Program-made: the position numbers and the translations under genes | Virus record (IMG/VR): IMGVR_UViG_3300048855_000189 | Coordinates: 1 to 36,829 of that record | Length of the DNA: 36,829 nucleotides | Source: a virus | Taxonomy: Duplodnaviria; Caudoviricetes | Strand: one strand, 5' to 3' | The notes under the pieces: generated by a model | Told to the model about the DNA's origin: nothing | The model's database searches: none | Seen by the model: only the letters and a program-made list of their open reading frames with translations | Part shown: piece by piece, positions 16,272 through 24,706 of the stretch | How the letters are laid out: each line of letters starts with the position of its first letter | Numbering within the stretch: position 1 is the stretch's first letter

Positions 16272-16604
16272 ATGAGCGACGACAATCTGAGCTGGCTGGC
16301 CTCTTGGTATCTCGCCGAATGTAATGAGGACTGGGAGCACTCCTACGGCGTTAAGATTGACACGTTAGATAACCCCGGCTGGACGCTCGTCATCGATCTG
16401 AGGGAGACAAGTCTTGAGGGGCACCCGTTCGAGAAGTTGTCCGTAGGTGATCCCGCCAGCGATCTGAGCGAATGGAGGCGCTTAGGTAGTTGGTGGGTTG
16501 CCGAAGTCAGAGGTGGCAAGTTCGAAGCGTCGTGCGGACCTCTCGATCTTAGCGACGTGATCGGCGTGTTTCGGTCATGGGCTGAACTGGCGAACGGCAG
16601 CTAA
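16272..16604 (+). CDS. Immunity protein 53 (Imm53) family
   Basis: LSWLASWYLAECNEDWEHSYGVKIDTLDNPGWTLVIDL...CGPLDL is the Imm53 signature; lower-GC codon usage than neighbours. Confidence 0.9.
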   Translation: MSDDNLSWLASWYLAECNEDWEHSYGVKIDTLDNPGWTLVIDLRETSLEGHPFEKLSVGDPASDLSEWRRLGSWWVAEVRGGKFEASCGPLDLSDVIGVFRSWAELANGS

Positions 16605-16622
16605 CCACCAATGTCGGACGTT
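16593..16622. repeat. 30-bp imperfect palindrome, right flank of the Imm53 gene
   Basis: AACGGCAGCTAACCACCAATGTCGGACGTT; contains the Imm53 TAA at the same offset as the stop in the left site. Confidence 0.75.
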
Positions 16623-16632
16623 GAGACTGCCC

Positions 16633-16714
16633 TTGCGCGGGGGCAACGCATGTGCCAAAGTAATCACCGTCGCTCATTGCGCCTCGAAGCCCTCCCTAGC
16701 CGGTGGGGCTTTCG
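16633..16714 (+). promoter_or_regulatory. Candidate late promoter and downstream hairpin (pR'/tR'-like)
   Basis: TTGCGC-N17-CAAAGT, then stem GAAGCCCT...GGGGCTTTC ahead of the HNH RBS. Confidence 0.35.
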
Positions 16715-16731
16715 CATATCTGGAGTTCGGG

Positions 16732-17091
16732 ATGGGTCGTCTTTCAACGGCGCCGTCCCTCTTGGGCAAGCCGCCCCCTACCCTGTCGTCGCTCCCTGTT
16801 GATCCTGCTGGCGTCGAGCGCCAACGCAACGCCTTCAACCCACTGCGTGCCCTATACCGCACCGCCCGCTGGGCGCGCCTGCGCTGGGCCACGCTGACCC
16901 GGGATCGCTTCACGTGCCAGATGTGCGGCCGCCTGGTGGGCGACACGTCCAAGCTGGTCGCCGATCACCGTCGCCCGCATCGCGGCGACCTCGCCCTGTT
17001 CTGGGATCCCGAGAACCTGTGGACGCTCTGCGCGTCCCCCTGCCACTCGAAGCACAAGCAGCGGATGGAGCAGGCGCCGGAGATGCGGTGA
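16732..17091 (+). CDS. HNH endonuclease (terminase-associated, HK97 gp74-like)
   Basis: RDRFTCQMCG...VADHRRPHRGDLALFWDPENLWTLCASPCHSKHKQ; start after GGAG. Confidence 0.9.
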   Translation: MGRLSTAPSLLGKPPPTLSSLPVDPAGVERQRNAFNPLRALYRTARWARLRWATLTRDRFTCQMCGRLVGDTSKLVADHRRPHRGDLALFWDPENLWTLCASPCHSKHKQRMEQAPEMR

Positions 17092-17237
17092 CCTAAGGCC
17101 TAGGTCTCGGCCGCGGTGATGGCGGCGGAGACGTCGGCGGAGTAGGTCGGGGCGGTTGCGGCACCGGCCGAGGGGGCGGTGGCTCGCCGCGGGCTCCTCC
17201 CCCTCCCCAGCCGGGGGTCGTCTGATAGGATGGCGAC

Positions 17238-17735
17238 ATGACGACTCCCAACTACGCAAGCGCAGATCCGAAGGTGTTGGAAGAGATCATCCGAGAGGCT
17301 GAGTCGCTTCTTGCCGGTCAGCTTACGGCGGCCACCGCGGCTGATCAACGCGCCCTTACCTTCGCCGGCCTGCTGGTGGCATCGGTTGCTGCCTTCCTAA
17401 GCTTCTCCGGCACCGCGAAACTCGCGACGCAGCCATCTCTTCTCGTCAGCGGAACGCTCTTAGCGGCCGCGGCTATCATCGCGTTCTGGAGCGCCGCTCC
17501 GGGCTCTTGGGACTACACGGGCAACATGCCAAGCGAGTGGAAGCACGACATCGATGGACGGCGAGCGCTGGGGTCTTCCATGGCTGAGATGGCCGAGCAC
17601 TACGATGCTGCGATAGCGCGGAATTACAGGCGCATGCGCCGCGCTGCCATCGCGATCCGCACGAGCATGGCGGCCGCGGGCCTCGCGATGATCGTCGCCA
17701 TCCTGACCCTGTGGGCGCGCTACCTGGCCGCGTAG
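17238..17735 (+). CDS. Accessory 3-TM membrane protein (moron)
   Basis: ADQRA followed by two hydrophobic helices, a soluble loop and a C-terminal helix; inserted between HNH and terS. Confidence 0.75.
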   Translation: MTTPNYASADPKVLEEIIREAESLLAGQLTAATAADQRALTFAGLLVASVAAFLSFSGTAKLATQPSLLVSGTLLAAAAIIAFWSAAPGSWDYTGNMPSEWKHDIDGRRALGSSMAEMAEHYDAAIARNYRRMRRAAIAIRTSMAAAGLAMIVAILTLWARYLAA

Positions 17736-17744
17736 GCAAACTCA

Positions 17745-17830
17745 TCAAGGGCGGGGGGCGGGTCAAAAGTCCGGCAAGCCCCGGTCTCCTGAACCGCCCC
17801 TCGTCCCACGCAGAGATTATTTCCTCGCTC
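17745..17830. other. Candidate cos/packaging-initiation region
   Basis: G-run GGGCGGGGGGCGGGTCAAAAGTCC and CCCACGCAGAGATTATTTCC in the HNH-terS interval, the expected cos position in HK97-like phages. Confidence 0.45.
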
Positions 17831-17870
17831 ACGTTCGAGGGTGCGTACTTTTCGCCGGAGGTGACCGCCC

Positions 17871-18431
17871 ATGGCGAACCGTAAAACTGCTTCCGACTGG
17901 ATGCGGATCGAGCTGGAATACTTGGCCGGTGAGGATTCGATCCGCGAAATAGCTGATCGATATGACATTTCCGAAGCCACTATTCGGAAGCGCGCGAAGG
18001 CCGCCGGGTGGCTGCGGGCGGCCAAAAAGGTACGCAAACCGCTCCCGGTGCGTACTTTGCTGGTTCCCGCCGGTGAGCGCCCCGAACCCGCCCCGGTGCC
18101 CGATGCCAGCGCCATCGCCGAGCGTGGGCGCGGTCTGGTTGCCCGCATGCTGGACGAACTGGACGCGACGACGACGCACCAGGGCGAGCTTGAGGATGCG
18201 ATCTGCGCCGAAACCGACGACGACGAGAACGACCGGCGCCGCGACGGCATGATGGCCGCGATCAGCCTCGGCGGCCGGGCCAAGACGCTGAAGGAACTCG
18301 CCACCGCGTTCAAGACGCTGAACGAAGCCGCCGCGCCGCAAGGCAAGAAGGCCCAGCAGCAGGACAGGGCCGGCAATGTCGCTGCTCGATACCGCCCGAT
18401 CGCCCCGCCCAGCCGGGGCTTGGTGAACTAG
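17871..18431 (+). CDS. terS: Terminase small subunit
   Basis: N-terminal HTH DWMRIELEYLAG..SIREIADRYDISEATIRKRAKAAGW; directly upstream of terL; GGAGG RBS. Confidence 0.85.
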   Translation: MANRKTASDWMRIELEYLAGEDSIREIADRYDISEATIRKRAKAAGWLRAAKKVRKPLPVRTLLVPAGERPEPAPVPDASAIAERGRGLVARMLDELDATTTHQGELEDAICAETDDDENDRRRDGMMAAISLGGRAKTLKELATAFKTLNEAAAPQGKKAQQQDRAGNVAARYRPIAPPSRGLVN

Positions 18432-18432
18432 C

Positions 18433-20124
18433 GTGGCAACCTGGACGACTGCATGCCCAGACTGGCGGGATCGCATCCGCCAGCGACGTTCGCTGATCCC
18501 ATTCGCACCCCTGTTTCCCGATACTGCCGCCGCAAAGATGGCCGTGTTCACGTCGCTGCGGATCACCGACCTGCCCGGCCAGCCCACGATCGGCGAAGCC
18601 TGCGAGCCTTGGATCCTCGACTTCGCCGCCGCCATCTTCGGCGCCTATGACGAGGTCACCGGCGAGCAGCTGATCACCAACGCCCTGCTGCTGGTCAGCA
18701 AGAAGAACACCAAGTCCACCATCGCCGCGGGCGTGATGGTAACCGAGCTGATCTGCGGCTGGCGCCACCACGACGAGAACCTGATCCTCGCCCCCACCAA
18801 GGAAGTGGCGGACAACAGCTTCGGGCCGGCCGCTGCGATGATCCGGGCCGACCCGGATTTTAACGACCTTCTGCAGATCCAGGACCACCTGCGGTTGATC
18901 ACGAACCGCGACACGAAGGCGAAGCTGAAGGTCGTCGCGGCCGACAAGAAGACGGTCGCCGGCAAGAAGGCCAGCCGGGTGCTGGTCGATGAGCTATGGC
19001 TGTTCGGCGAGATTGCCGGCGCCAGTGCAATGCTTGGTGAAGCGACCGGAGGGCAGATCGGGCGGCCGGAGGGGTACAGCCTCTTCCTCACCACCCAGTC
19101 CGACAAGCCCCCGGCCGGGATGTTCAAGGACAAGCTGACCTACGCGCGCGAAGTCCGCGACGGGGCCGTTGACGATCCGAAGTTCCTGCCGGTCCTGTAC
19201 GAGTTCCCGCCGGAGATGCTGGCGGCGGGCGAGCATCGCGATCCGGCCAACTTCTACATCACGAACCCGAACCTCGGCGTTTCGGTCAGGCAGGACTGGC
19301 TGGAGGAGGAGTTCGTAAAGGCGGAGGCCGCCGATCCCGGCGAGCGCCAGGTATTCTACGCGAAGCACCTGAACGTCGAGATCGGCGTGGGGCTTCTGCA
19401 CGATGCCTGGGCCGGGGCCGGCTACTGGGAGAAGGCTACCGACGAGACGCTGACGTTCGACGAGCTGCTGCGGCGTTCGGAGGTGATCGTTGCCGGCATT
19501 GACGGCGGCGGGCTGGACGATCTGCTCGGCCTCACCCTGCTCGGGCGGGAGAAGGACACCAACATCTGGCTCTCATGGTCCCACGCATGGGGGCACCTCG
19601 ACGTCTGGGAGCGCCGGAAGGAAATCGTGCCGGCGCTCGACGGGTTCGTTCGCGATGGCGATCTGACCAAGTGCGAGGATCCGACGCAGGACATCATCGG
19701 CCTCGCCGATCGATTGCAGACGGTGCTGGAGGCGGGGCTGTTCCCCGAAAAATACGCGGTTGGCCTCGATCCGATCGGCGTCGCGGCAATTATCGACGAA
19801 CTGATTTCCCGGGGCTTCACGCAGGACCAGCTCAGCGCCGTTGCGCAGGGCTTCCGGCTGAATGGCGCGGTGATCGGCAGCGAGCGGAAGCTCAAGGACG
19901 GCACGCTGCGCCATGCGCCCCAGCCCCTGATGGCGTGGTGCGTCGGCAATGCGAAGGCCGAGCAACGGAGTAACGCCGTGGTGATCACCAAGCAGATCTC
20001 GGGCAAGGCGAAAATCGATCCGCTGATGGCGCTGTTCGATGCCGTCACGCTGATGACCCGCAACCCGGAATCGGGCGGCGGCTCACTGGACGACTTCATC
20101 ACGCAGATGAAGAGCGCTGCCTGA
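18433..20124 (+). CDS. terL: Terminase large subunit
   Basis: Walker A VSKKNTKS, Walker B VLVDELW, TTQS, nuclease GIDGGGLDDL, KIDPLMA. Confidence 0.96.
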   Translation: MATWTTACPDWRDRIRQRRSLIPFAPLFPDTAAAKMAVFTSLRITDLPGQPTIGEACEPWILDFAAAIFGAYDEVTGEQLITNALLLVSKKNTKSTIAAGVMVTELICGWRHHDENLILAPTKEVADNSFGPAAAMIRADPDFNDLLQIQDHLRLITNRDTKAKLKVVAADKKTVAGKKASRVLVDELWLFGEIAGASAMLGEATGGQIGRPEGYSLFLTTQSDKPPAGMFKDKLTYAREVRDGAVDDPKFLPVLYEFPPEMLAAGEHRDPANFYITNPNLGVSVRQDWLEEEFVKAEAADPGERQVFYAKHLNVEIGVGLLHDAWAGAGYWEKATDETLTFDELLRRSEVIVAGIDGGGLDDLLGLTLLGREKDTNIWLSWSHAWGHLDVWERRKEIVPALDGFVRDGDLTKCEDPTQDIIGLADRLQTVLEAGLFPEKYAVGLDPIGVAAIIDELISRGFTQDQLSAVAQGFRLNGAVIGSERKLKDGTLRHAPQPLMAWCVGNAKAEQRSNAVVITKQISGKAKIDPLMALFDAVTLMTRNPESGGGSLDDFITQMKSAA

Positions 20125-21485
20125 TGGGTATCGGCACCTGGGTAGGGTCCACCCTCCGCTGGCTCGGCGGCGGCGACAATAACGGGAAGCTCAGCGGCGC
20201 GCCGGAGGATGAACCATCGCGCCGCGCGATCAAGTACGGGTCGTCGATCGACAGCGCCGGGCAAGCGGTCAATCAGAAGACATCGCTCGGCCTGCCCGCT
20301 GCATGGGCCTGCGTGAAGCTGAAGTCCGAGGTCGTCGGCTCGATGGGTATGGGCGTCCACGAGAAGGCGAACGACGGCGGCCGGATCGATCGCGGCGACC
20401 ACTGGCTTTACGATCTCGTCCATGAGGAGCCGAACCGGGATCAAACACCGGCCGAGTTCTGGTCGGGCATGGTCGCCTGCATGGATCTCTGGGGCAACGG
20501 GTACGCGGAGAAGGAAACGCTCGGCCTGCGCACCACCGCGCTGACGCCGCTCGCGCCGGATCTGGTGACCGTCGCCCGCAACAGCAGCAACGAGCGCGTC
20601 TATCGCTATTCCGACCGCGGCAAGATCGAGGAACTGCCTGCCCAGAAGATCCTGCACCTGCGCGGCATGACGCTGGGCGGCGACGTGGGCCTGTCCGCCA
20701 TCGAATACGGCCGGCGCACGCTGGGCGGGGCGATGGCCGCCAATCGCACCGCCGCCGACACGTTCCGCAGCGGCTTGCAGATGGCCGGTTTCATGGACGT
20801 CGGGCACGGCCGGCTCAGCCCGGAGCAGCGTGCCGACCTGATTGAGATCTTCGATGCGTTCACCGGCCAGGCAATGCGCGGCCGGATCGTTCCGCTGGAG
20901 AAGGACTTCAAGTTCAACCCGCTGAAGATGAACCCGGCGGAGGTGCAGCTGCTCGAATCGCGGGCGTGGGACATAGAGGAAATTTGCCGGTGGTTCGGCA
21001 TGTTCCCGATCCTGATCGGGCACGCCGCCAAGGGCCAGACGATGTGGGGATCCGGCGTCGAGCAGATCCTGCTCGGCTGGCAGACGCTCCTGCTGAACCC
21101 GTTGCTGCGGAACATCGAGCAGTCGGTGAAGAAGCAGCTGCTCCCGATGGCGGATCGCAAGAGGATCTATCCGGAGATCAACCGCGAGGCGTTGATGGCT
21201 GCCGACAGCGCGGCCCGCGCCGCGCTCTATTCGGCCTTCGGCCAGAACGGCGTCATGTCGCGTGAAGAAATGCGCGCGAAGGAGAATATGCCGGCGAGGC
21301 CCGCGAACGGCTTCCTGACCGTGCAATCGAACCTCGTGGCGCTGGACGATCTCGGCAACGGGCCGAGCGCGGAGCAAGGCGCGCGATCGGCGCTGATGAA
21401 CATGCTCGGCGGAGACGTCGAGGCGCTGATCGACGCCAAGCTGCGGGCAATCGGCCAGCCTCAACCACCATTTCCCGGGGAATGA
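20124..21485 (+). CDS. HK97-family portal protein
   Basis: AWACV, EPNRDQTPAEFW, LWGNGY, ILHLR, GLSAI, QLLESR..IEEICRWFG. Confidence 0.96.
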   Translation: MGIGTWVGSTLRWLGGGDNNGKLSGAPEDEPSRRAIKYGSSIDSAGQAVNQKTSLGLPAAWACVKLKSEVVGSMGMGVHEKANDGGRIDRGDHWLYDLVHEEPNRDQTPAEFWSGMVACMDLWGNGYAEKETLGLRTTALTPLAPDLVTVARNSSNERVYRYSDRGKIEELPAQKILHLRGMTLGGDVGLSAIEYGRRTLGGAMAANRTAADTFRSGLQMAGFMDVGHGRLSPEQRADLIEIFDAFTGQAMRGRIVPLEKDFKFNPLKMNPAEVQLLESRAWDIEEICRWFGMFPILIGHAAKGQTMWGSGVEQILLGWQTLLLNPLLRNIEQSVKKQLLPMADRKRIYPEINREALMAADSAARAALYSAFGQNGVMSREEMRAKENMPARPANGFLTVQSNLVALDDLGNGPSAEQGARSALMNMLGGDVEALIDAKLRAIGQPQPPFPGE

Positions 21486-22192
21486 CGATGAACATTCTGT
21501 CCGCCTTCGGGCGTAAGCACAGCGGTGCCCTGAAGGTCCGCGACTTTGATTTCGAGATCAAGGCCGTCGCCGATGATGGCGGCTTCAACGGCTACGGCTC
21601 GGTATGGGACGTGGTCGACAGCTACCAGGAGATCGTCGCCCGCGGCGCGTTCACTGATAGCCTTGCCGACATCGCCGCCAAGGGTCGCCCGGTCCCGGTG
21701 CTGTGGCAGCACCGCAGCAGCGAGCCGATCGGCATCTGGACCAACCTGCGCGAAGACGATCACGGCCTGTTCGGCGACGGCAAGATCCTGCTGGATGCCG
21801 GCGAAATGGAGCGCCGCGCCTACGCGCACATGAAGGCCCGCACGGTCACTGGCTTGTCGATCGGCTACTGGGTCCGCGAGAGCAGCTACGACGAAAAAAC
21901 CGGCATCCGCACGCTGACCAAGCTGGATCTGGTGGAAATTAGCCTCGTCACCTTCCCGGCGAATGATGACGCCCGGGTCGAGGCGGTGAAGTTCAAGCTC
22001 GCGCACGGCGAACTGCCTAGCGAGCGGGAAATGGAGAAGTACCTGCGGGAGGTAGGCTTCTCCAAAACGCGGGCCGCCGGCTTCGTCGCCCACGGCCTGT
22101 CGGAACTGCGTCGGAGGGAGTCCGAACGCGATGCGACGGAAGCACCGGGCCTGAAGGCCCTTTCGGACACCCTGGCCAGCTTCAAGCTGTAG
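21482..22192 (+). CDS. HK97-family prohead protease (S78)
   Basis: FNGYGSVW, VLWQH, PIGIW, GLSIGY, LVEISLVTFPAN. Confidence 0.96.
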   Translation: MTMNILSAFGRKHSGALKVRDFDFEIKAVADDGGFNGYGSVWDVVDSYQEIVARGAFTDSLADIAAKGRPVPVLWQHRSSEPIGIWTNLREDDHGLFGDGKILLDAGEMERRAYAHMKARTVTGLSIGYWVRESSYDEKTGIRTLTKLDLVEISLVTFPANDDARVEAVKFKLAHGELPSEREMEKYLREVGFSKTRAAGFVAHGLSELRRRESERDATEAPGLKALSDTLASFKL

Positions 22193-22214
22193 CCACCCTT
22201 CCAAGGACAACGAC

Positions 22215-23465
22215 ATGACGAAGATGGTTTCCGCCGCGGCGATGTACGCCGGGGCTGCTCTGGCCGTGAGCAACGCCCCCGAGTTCGGCCGCAAGGATGG
22301 CGCGGGCGAAGGCCCGTCGCTCGATCAGAAGCTGGCGACCGCGCTGGGCGAGGTGAAGGCGTTCGCCGAGGAGTTCAAAGCCAAGAACGCCAGCGGCGAG
22401 CAGATCTCCCAGTCGGCCAAGGAGAAGGCGGACGAGGCGATCGTCAAGCTGACCGAGGTCCGTGGCGAGGTCACGGAACTGTCGCAGAAGCTCGCGCAGA
22501 TGCGGCGTGGTGGCGAGGATGAAGCGCCGCAGCTGAAGACGCTCGGCCATGAGGTCGCCAACAACCAGGAGGTGAAGGACTATGCGGCCAACGGCTGCAA
22601 GGGCACCATCGGCTTCTCGGTCAAGGCGATCACCAGTGCGAGCGGTTCGGCCGGCAGCCTGATCCGTCCCGATCGGCAGACGGACATCGTCGGCTTCCAG
22701 CGCATGGGCCTTCGCGTCCGCGATCTGCTGACGCCGGGCCGGACCGAGGGCAACTCGATCGAGTATGCCTACCAGACGGTGCGGACCAACAATGCCGCCG
22801 GCACGGCGGAAACCACGCAGAAGCCGGAGTCGGCCTATGGGTGGGACGTCGCGCAGTCCCCGGTGAAGACGATCGCCCACTGGGTGCCTGTCTCGCGGCA
22901 GGCCATGGACGACGTGCCGCAGCTGGAAAGCCTGATCGACGGCGAACTGCGCTGGGGCCTGGACGACGCGGAGGATGCCGAACTGCTGCTCGGCGACAAC
23001 ACCGGCGCGCATCTGAACGGCCTTTATACGCAGGCCACCGCCTACTCGGCCCCGCTCACGATCGCCGGCGCCACCCGCATCGATCAGCTGCGCCTCGCTC
23101 TCCTGCAGGTGGAACTGGCCGATTATGCGCCGGACGCGACCGTGATCCATCCCACTGCATGGGCGGGCATCGAGCTGACCAAGGATGCGGCTGGCGGATA
23201 TATCTTCGCCAACCCGCAGGGCCTGGCCGGTCCCGTTCTCTGGGGCCGCCCGGTGGTGTCCACCAAGCGCATCGGCGTCGGCAACTTCCTGGTCGGCGCG
23301 TTCAAGCTCGCCGGTCAGATCTTCGATCGAATGGATACCGAGGTCCGCATCTCCGATCAGGACCGCGACAACTTCATCAAGAACATGCTGACCGTGCGGG
23401 CAGAAAAGCGCCTGGCGCTCGTCGTCCGCCGCCCCGGCGCGCTGGTGAAGGGCGCGCTGATCTAA
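22215..23465 (+). CDS. HK97-fold major capsid protein with N-terminal delta domain
   Basis: Coiled-coil N-terminus; VKTIAHW..VSRQAMDD, LLLGD..G..LNG, LWGRPVV, F.KNMLTVRAEKR. Confidence 0.96.
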   Translation: MTKMVSAAAMYAGAALAVSNAPEFGRKDGAGEGPSLDQKLATALGEVKAFAEEFKAKNASGEQISQSAKEKADEAIVKLTEVRGEVTELSQKLAQMRRGGEDEAPQLKTLGHEVANNQEVKDYAANGCKGTIGFSVKAITSASGSAGSLIRPDRQTDIVGFQRMGLRVRDLLTPGRTEGNSIEYAYQTVRTNNAAGTAETTQKPESAYGWDVAQSPVKTIAHWVPVSRQAMDDVPQLESLIDGELRWGLDDAEDAELLLGDNTGAHLNGLYTQATAYSAPLTIAGATRIDQLRLALLQVELADYAPDATVIHPTAWAGIELTKDAAGGYIFANPQGLAGPVLWGRPVVSTKRIGVGNFLVGAFKLAGQIFDRMDTEVRISDQDRDNFIKNMLTVRAEKRLALVVRRPGALVKGALI

Positions 23466-23490
23466 GCCACTCGCCTCCCCCGCGAGAGCC

Positions 23491-23527
23491 TGAAGGGCGG
23501 TCCTGGTTGGGCCGCCCTTCCATTTTC
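23491..23527 (+). terminator. Hairpin/terminator after the capsid gene
   Basis: GAAGGGCGGTCC-TGGTT-GGGCCGCCCTTC followed by CATTTT. Confidence 0.65.
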
Positions 23528-23538
23528 GGAGATCCGAT

Positions 23539-23811
23539 ATGAGCAAGAACGCATTCGTGCTGGACGATCATTATGGCGACGACGGCTACGTCACGCCGGG
23601 GATGATCCTCCGCGACGTCACCAGCAAGCGGTTCGAGGTGCTGGAGAAGCAGGGCCTCGTCCGGGAAGCCACCAGCGAGGAACTGAAGGACGGGTACACG
23701 CCCCCGTTCGAGGCCGGCGCTGCCGAGAAGGAAGCGGCGAAGCCCGACAACAAGCAGGCTCCGGAGGCCCCGAACAAGGCCGCGCCGAAGCCTGCGACCA
23801 AGGCCGCCTGA
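23539..23811 (+). CDS. Small head-associated protein
   Basis: GGAG RBS; Lys/Ala/Pro-rich tail (PDNKQAPEAPNKAA) typical of post-capsid genes. Confidence 0.75.
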   Translation: MSKNAFVLDDHYGDDGYVTPGMILRDVTSKRFEVLEKQGLVREATSEELKDGYTPPFEAGAAEKEAAKPDNKQAPEAPNKAAPKPATKAA

Positions 23812-23813
23812 TC

Positions 23814-24125
23814 GTGGCCCGGTCAGCGGCTCGCTCGCGCGGCTATATGGTCGTGAGTACCTTCACGACCCTGCCGACGATCACCGGCACTGCGCAGGTC
23901 GGGCAGACCCTGACCGGCACCACCGGCACCATCGTCGGCGGCACGTTCACCAGTCGCCGCTGGCTGCGTGATGGGGTCGCGATCAGCGGCGCCACCGCCG
24001 CCACCTACGTCGTGCAGGCGGCGGATGTCGGCAAGCGCATCTCGCAGGAGGTCACCGCCACAGTGACGGCGACCGGCGGCAAGGTGTCGCGGCTGTCCGC
24101 GATGACCGCGATCGTGATCGCCTGA
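23814..24125 (+). CDS. Ig-like virion decoration protein
   Basis: PTITGTAQVGQTLT...W.RDG.AISGATAATYVVQAADVGKRI Ig-like pattern. Confidence 0.75.
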   Translation: MARSAARSRGYMVVSTFTTLPTITGTAQVGQTLTGTTGTIVGGTFTSRRWLRDGVAISGATAATYVVQAADVGKRISQEVTATVTATGGKVSRLSAMTAIVIA

Positions 24126-24706
24126 TGCGTGTCTTCGTCGTCACCCCGCCCACCTCCGAGAGCCTCGAATACGACTTCAAGCGGCATGTCGGGTTTGAGG
24201 TGGACGAGGATGACGACGGCGCGGGCATCTACTTGGCGGCTGCGCTGCGGCATCTGGACGGACCCGGCAAATGGCTCGGCCGCTGTATCGGCGAGCAGAC
24301 GCTGGAAGCCCGCCTGGACGGGTTCGGCTTGGGTGAGATCCGCCTGCCCTATCCGGAGATCCTCGCCGTGGCATCGGTGAAGTACGTCGATCCGGCAGGT
24401 GTGGAACAGACGATCGATCCAGCAGCTTACGAGCTGCTCGGCCATCACCTGGCGCCGGTCTATGGCGCCGCTTGGCCGACGCCGCGGATGCAGCGGGAGG
24501 CGGTCCGGATCCGCTATCAGGCAGGATACCGCGATCCTGCGCCGGGCACGTCCGGGATCCCGTCCGATCTGCAGGCCGCCATCTTCCTGATGGCCGCCGA
24601 CCTGTTCCGCTCGCGCGAAACCTTCACCGCGGGCGTGTCCGTCGCCACGGTGCCCATGTCCACGCCGGTGGAAACGTTGCTCTGGCCTTACCGGGTGTTC
24701 CACTGA
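24125..24706 (+). CDS. Head-tail connector (gp6/gp15-like)
   Basis: KRHV, YLAAA..HLD, QTLE, VRIRYQAGY, IPSDLQAAIFLMAADLF..RE, LLWPYR. Confidence 0.9.
   Translation: MRVFVVTPPTSESLEYDFKRHVGFEVDEDDDGAGIYLAAALRHLDGPGKWLGRCIGEQTLEARLDGFGLGEIRLPYPEILAVASVKYVDPAGVEQTIDPAAYELLGHHLAPVYGAAWPTPRMQREAVRIRYQAGYRDPAPGTSGIPSDLQAAIFLMAADLFRSRETFTAGVSVATVPMSTPVETLLWPYRVFH

Noticed and set aside
16218-16622. Classical integron attC sites, CRISPR repeats or IS ends
   Set aside because: The sites are only 30 bp, there are just two, they are separated by a whole gene, and no IntI, cas or transposase is present. Retained instead as an unclassified cassette boundary.
16732-17091. HNH as the toxin cognate to Imm53, or as a homing endonuclease
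   Set aside because: Sequence and position match terminase-associated HNH proteins of cos phages.
19422-21464. 680-aa minus-strand ORF, and similar long antisense ORFs at 22182-23546, 29153-30712, 30740-32059 and 33490-35235
   Set aside because: Shadow ORFs opposite well-supported structural genes; expected from high GC3 codon bias; no motifs.
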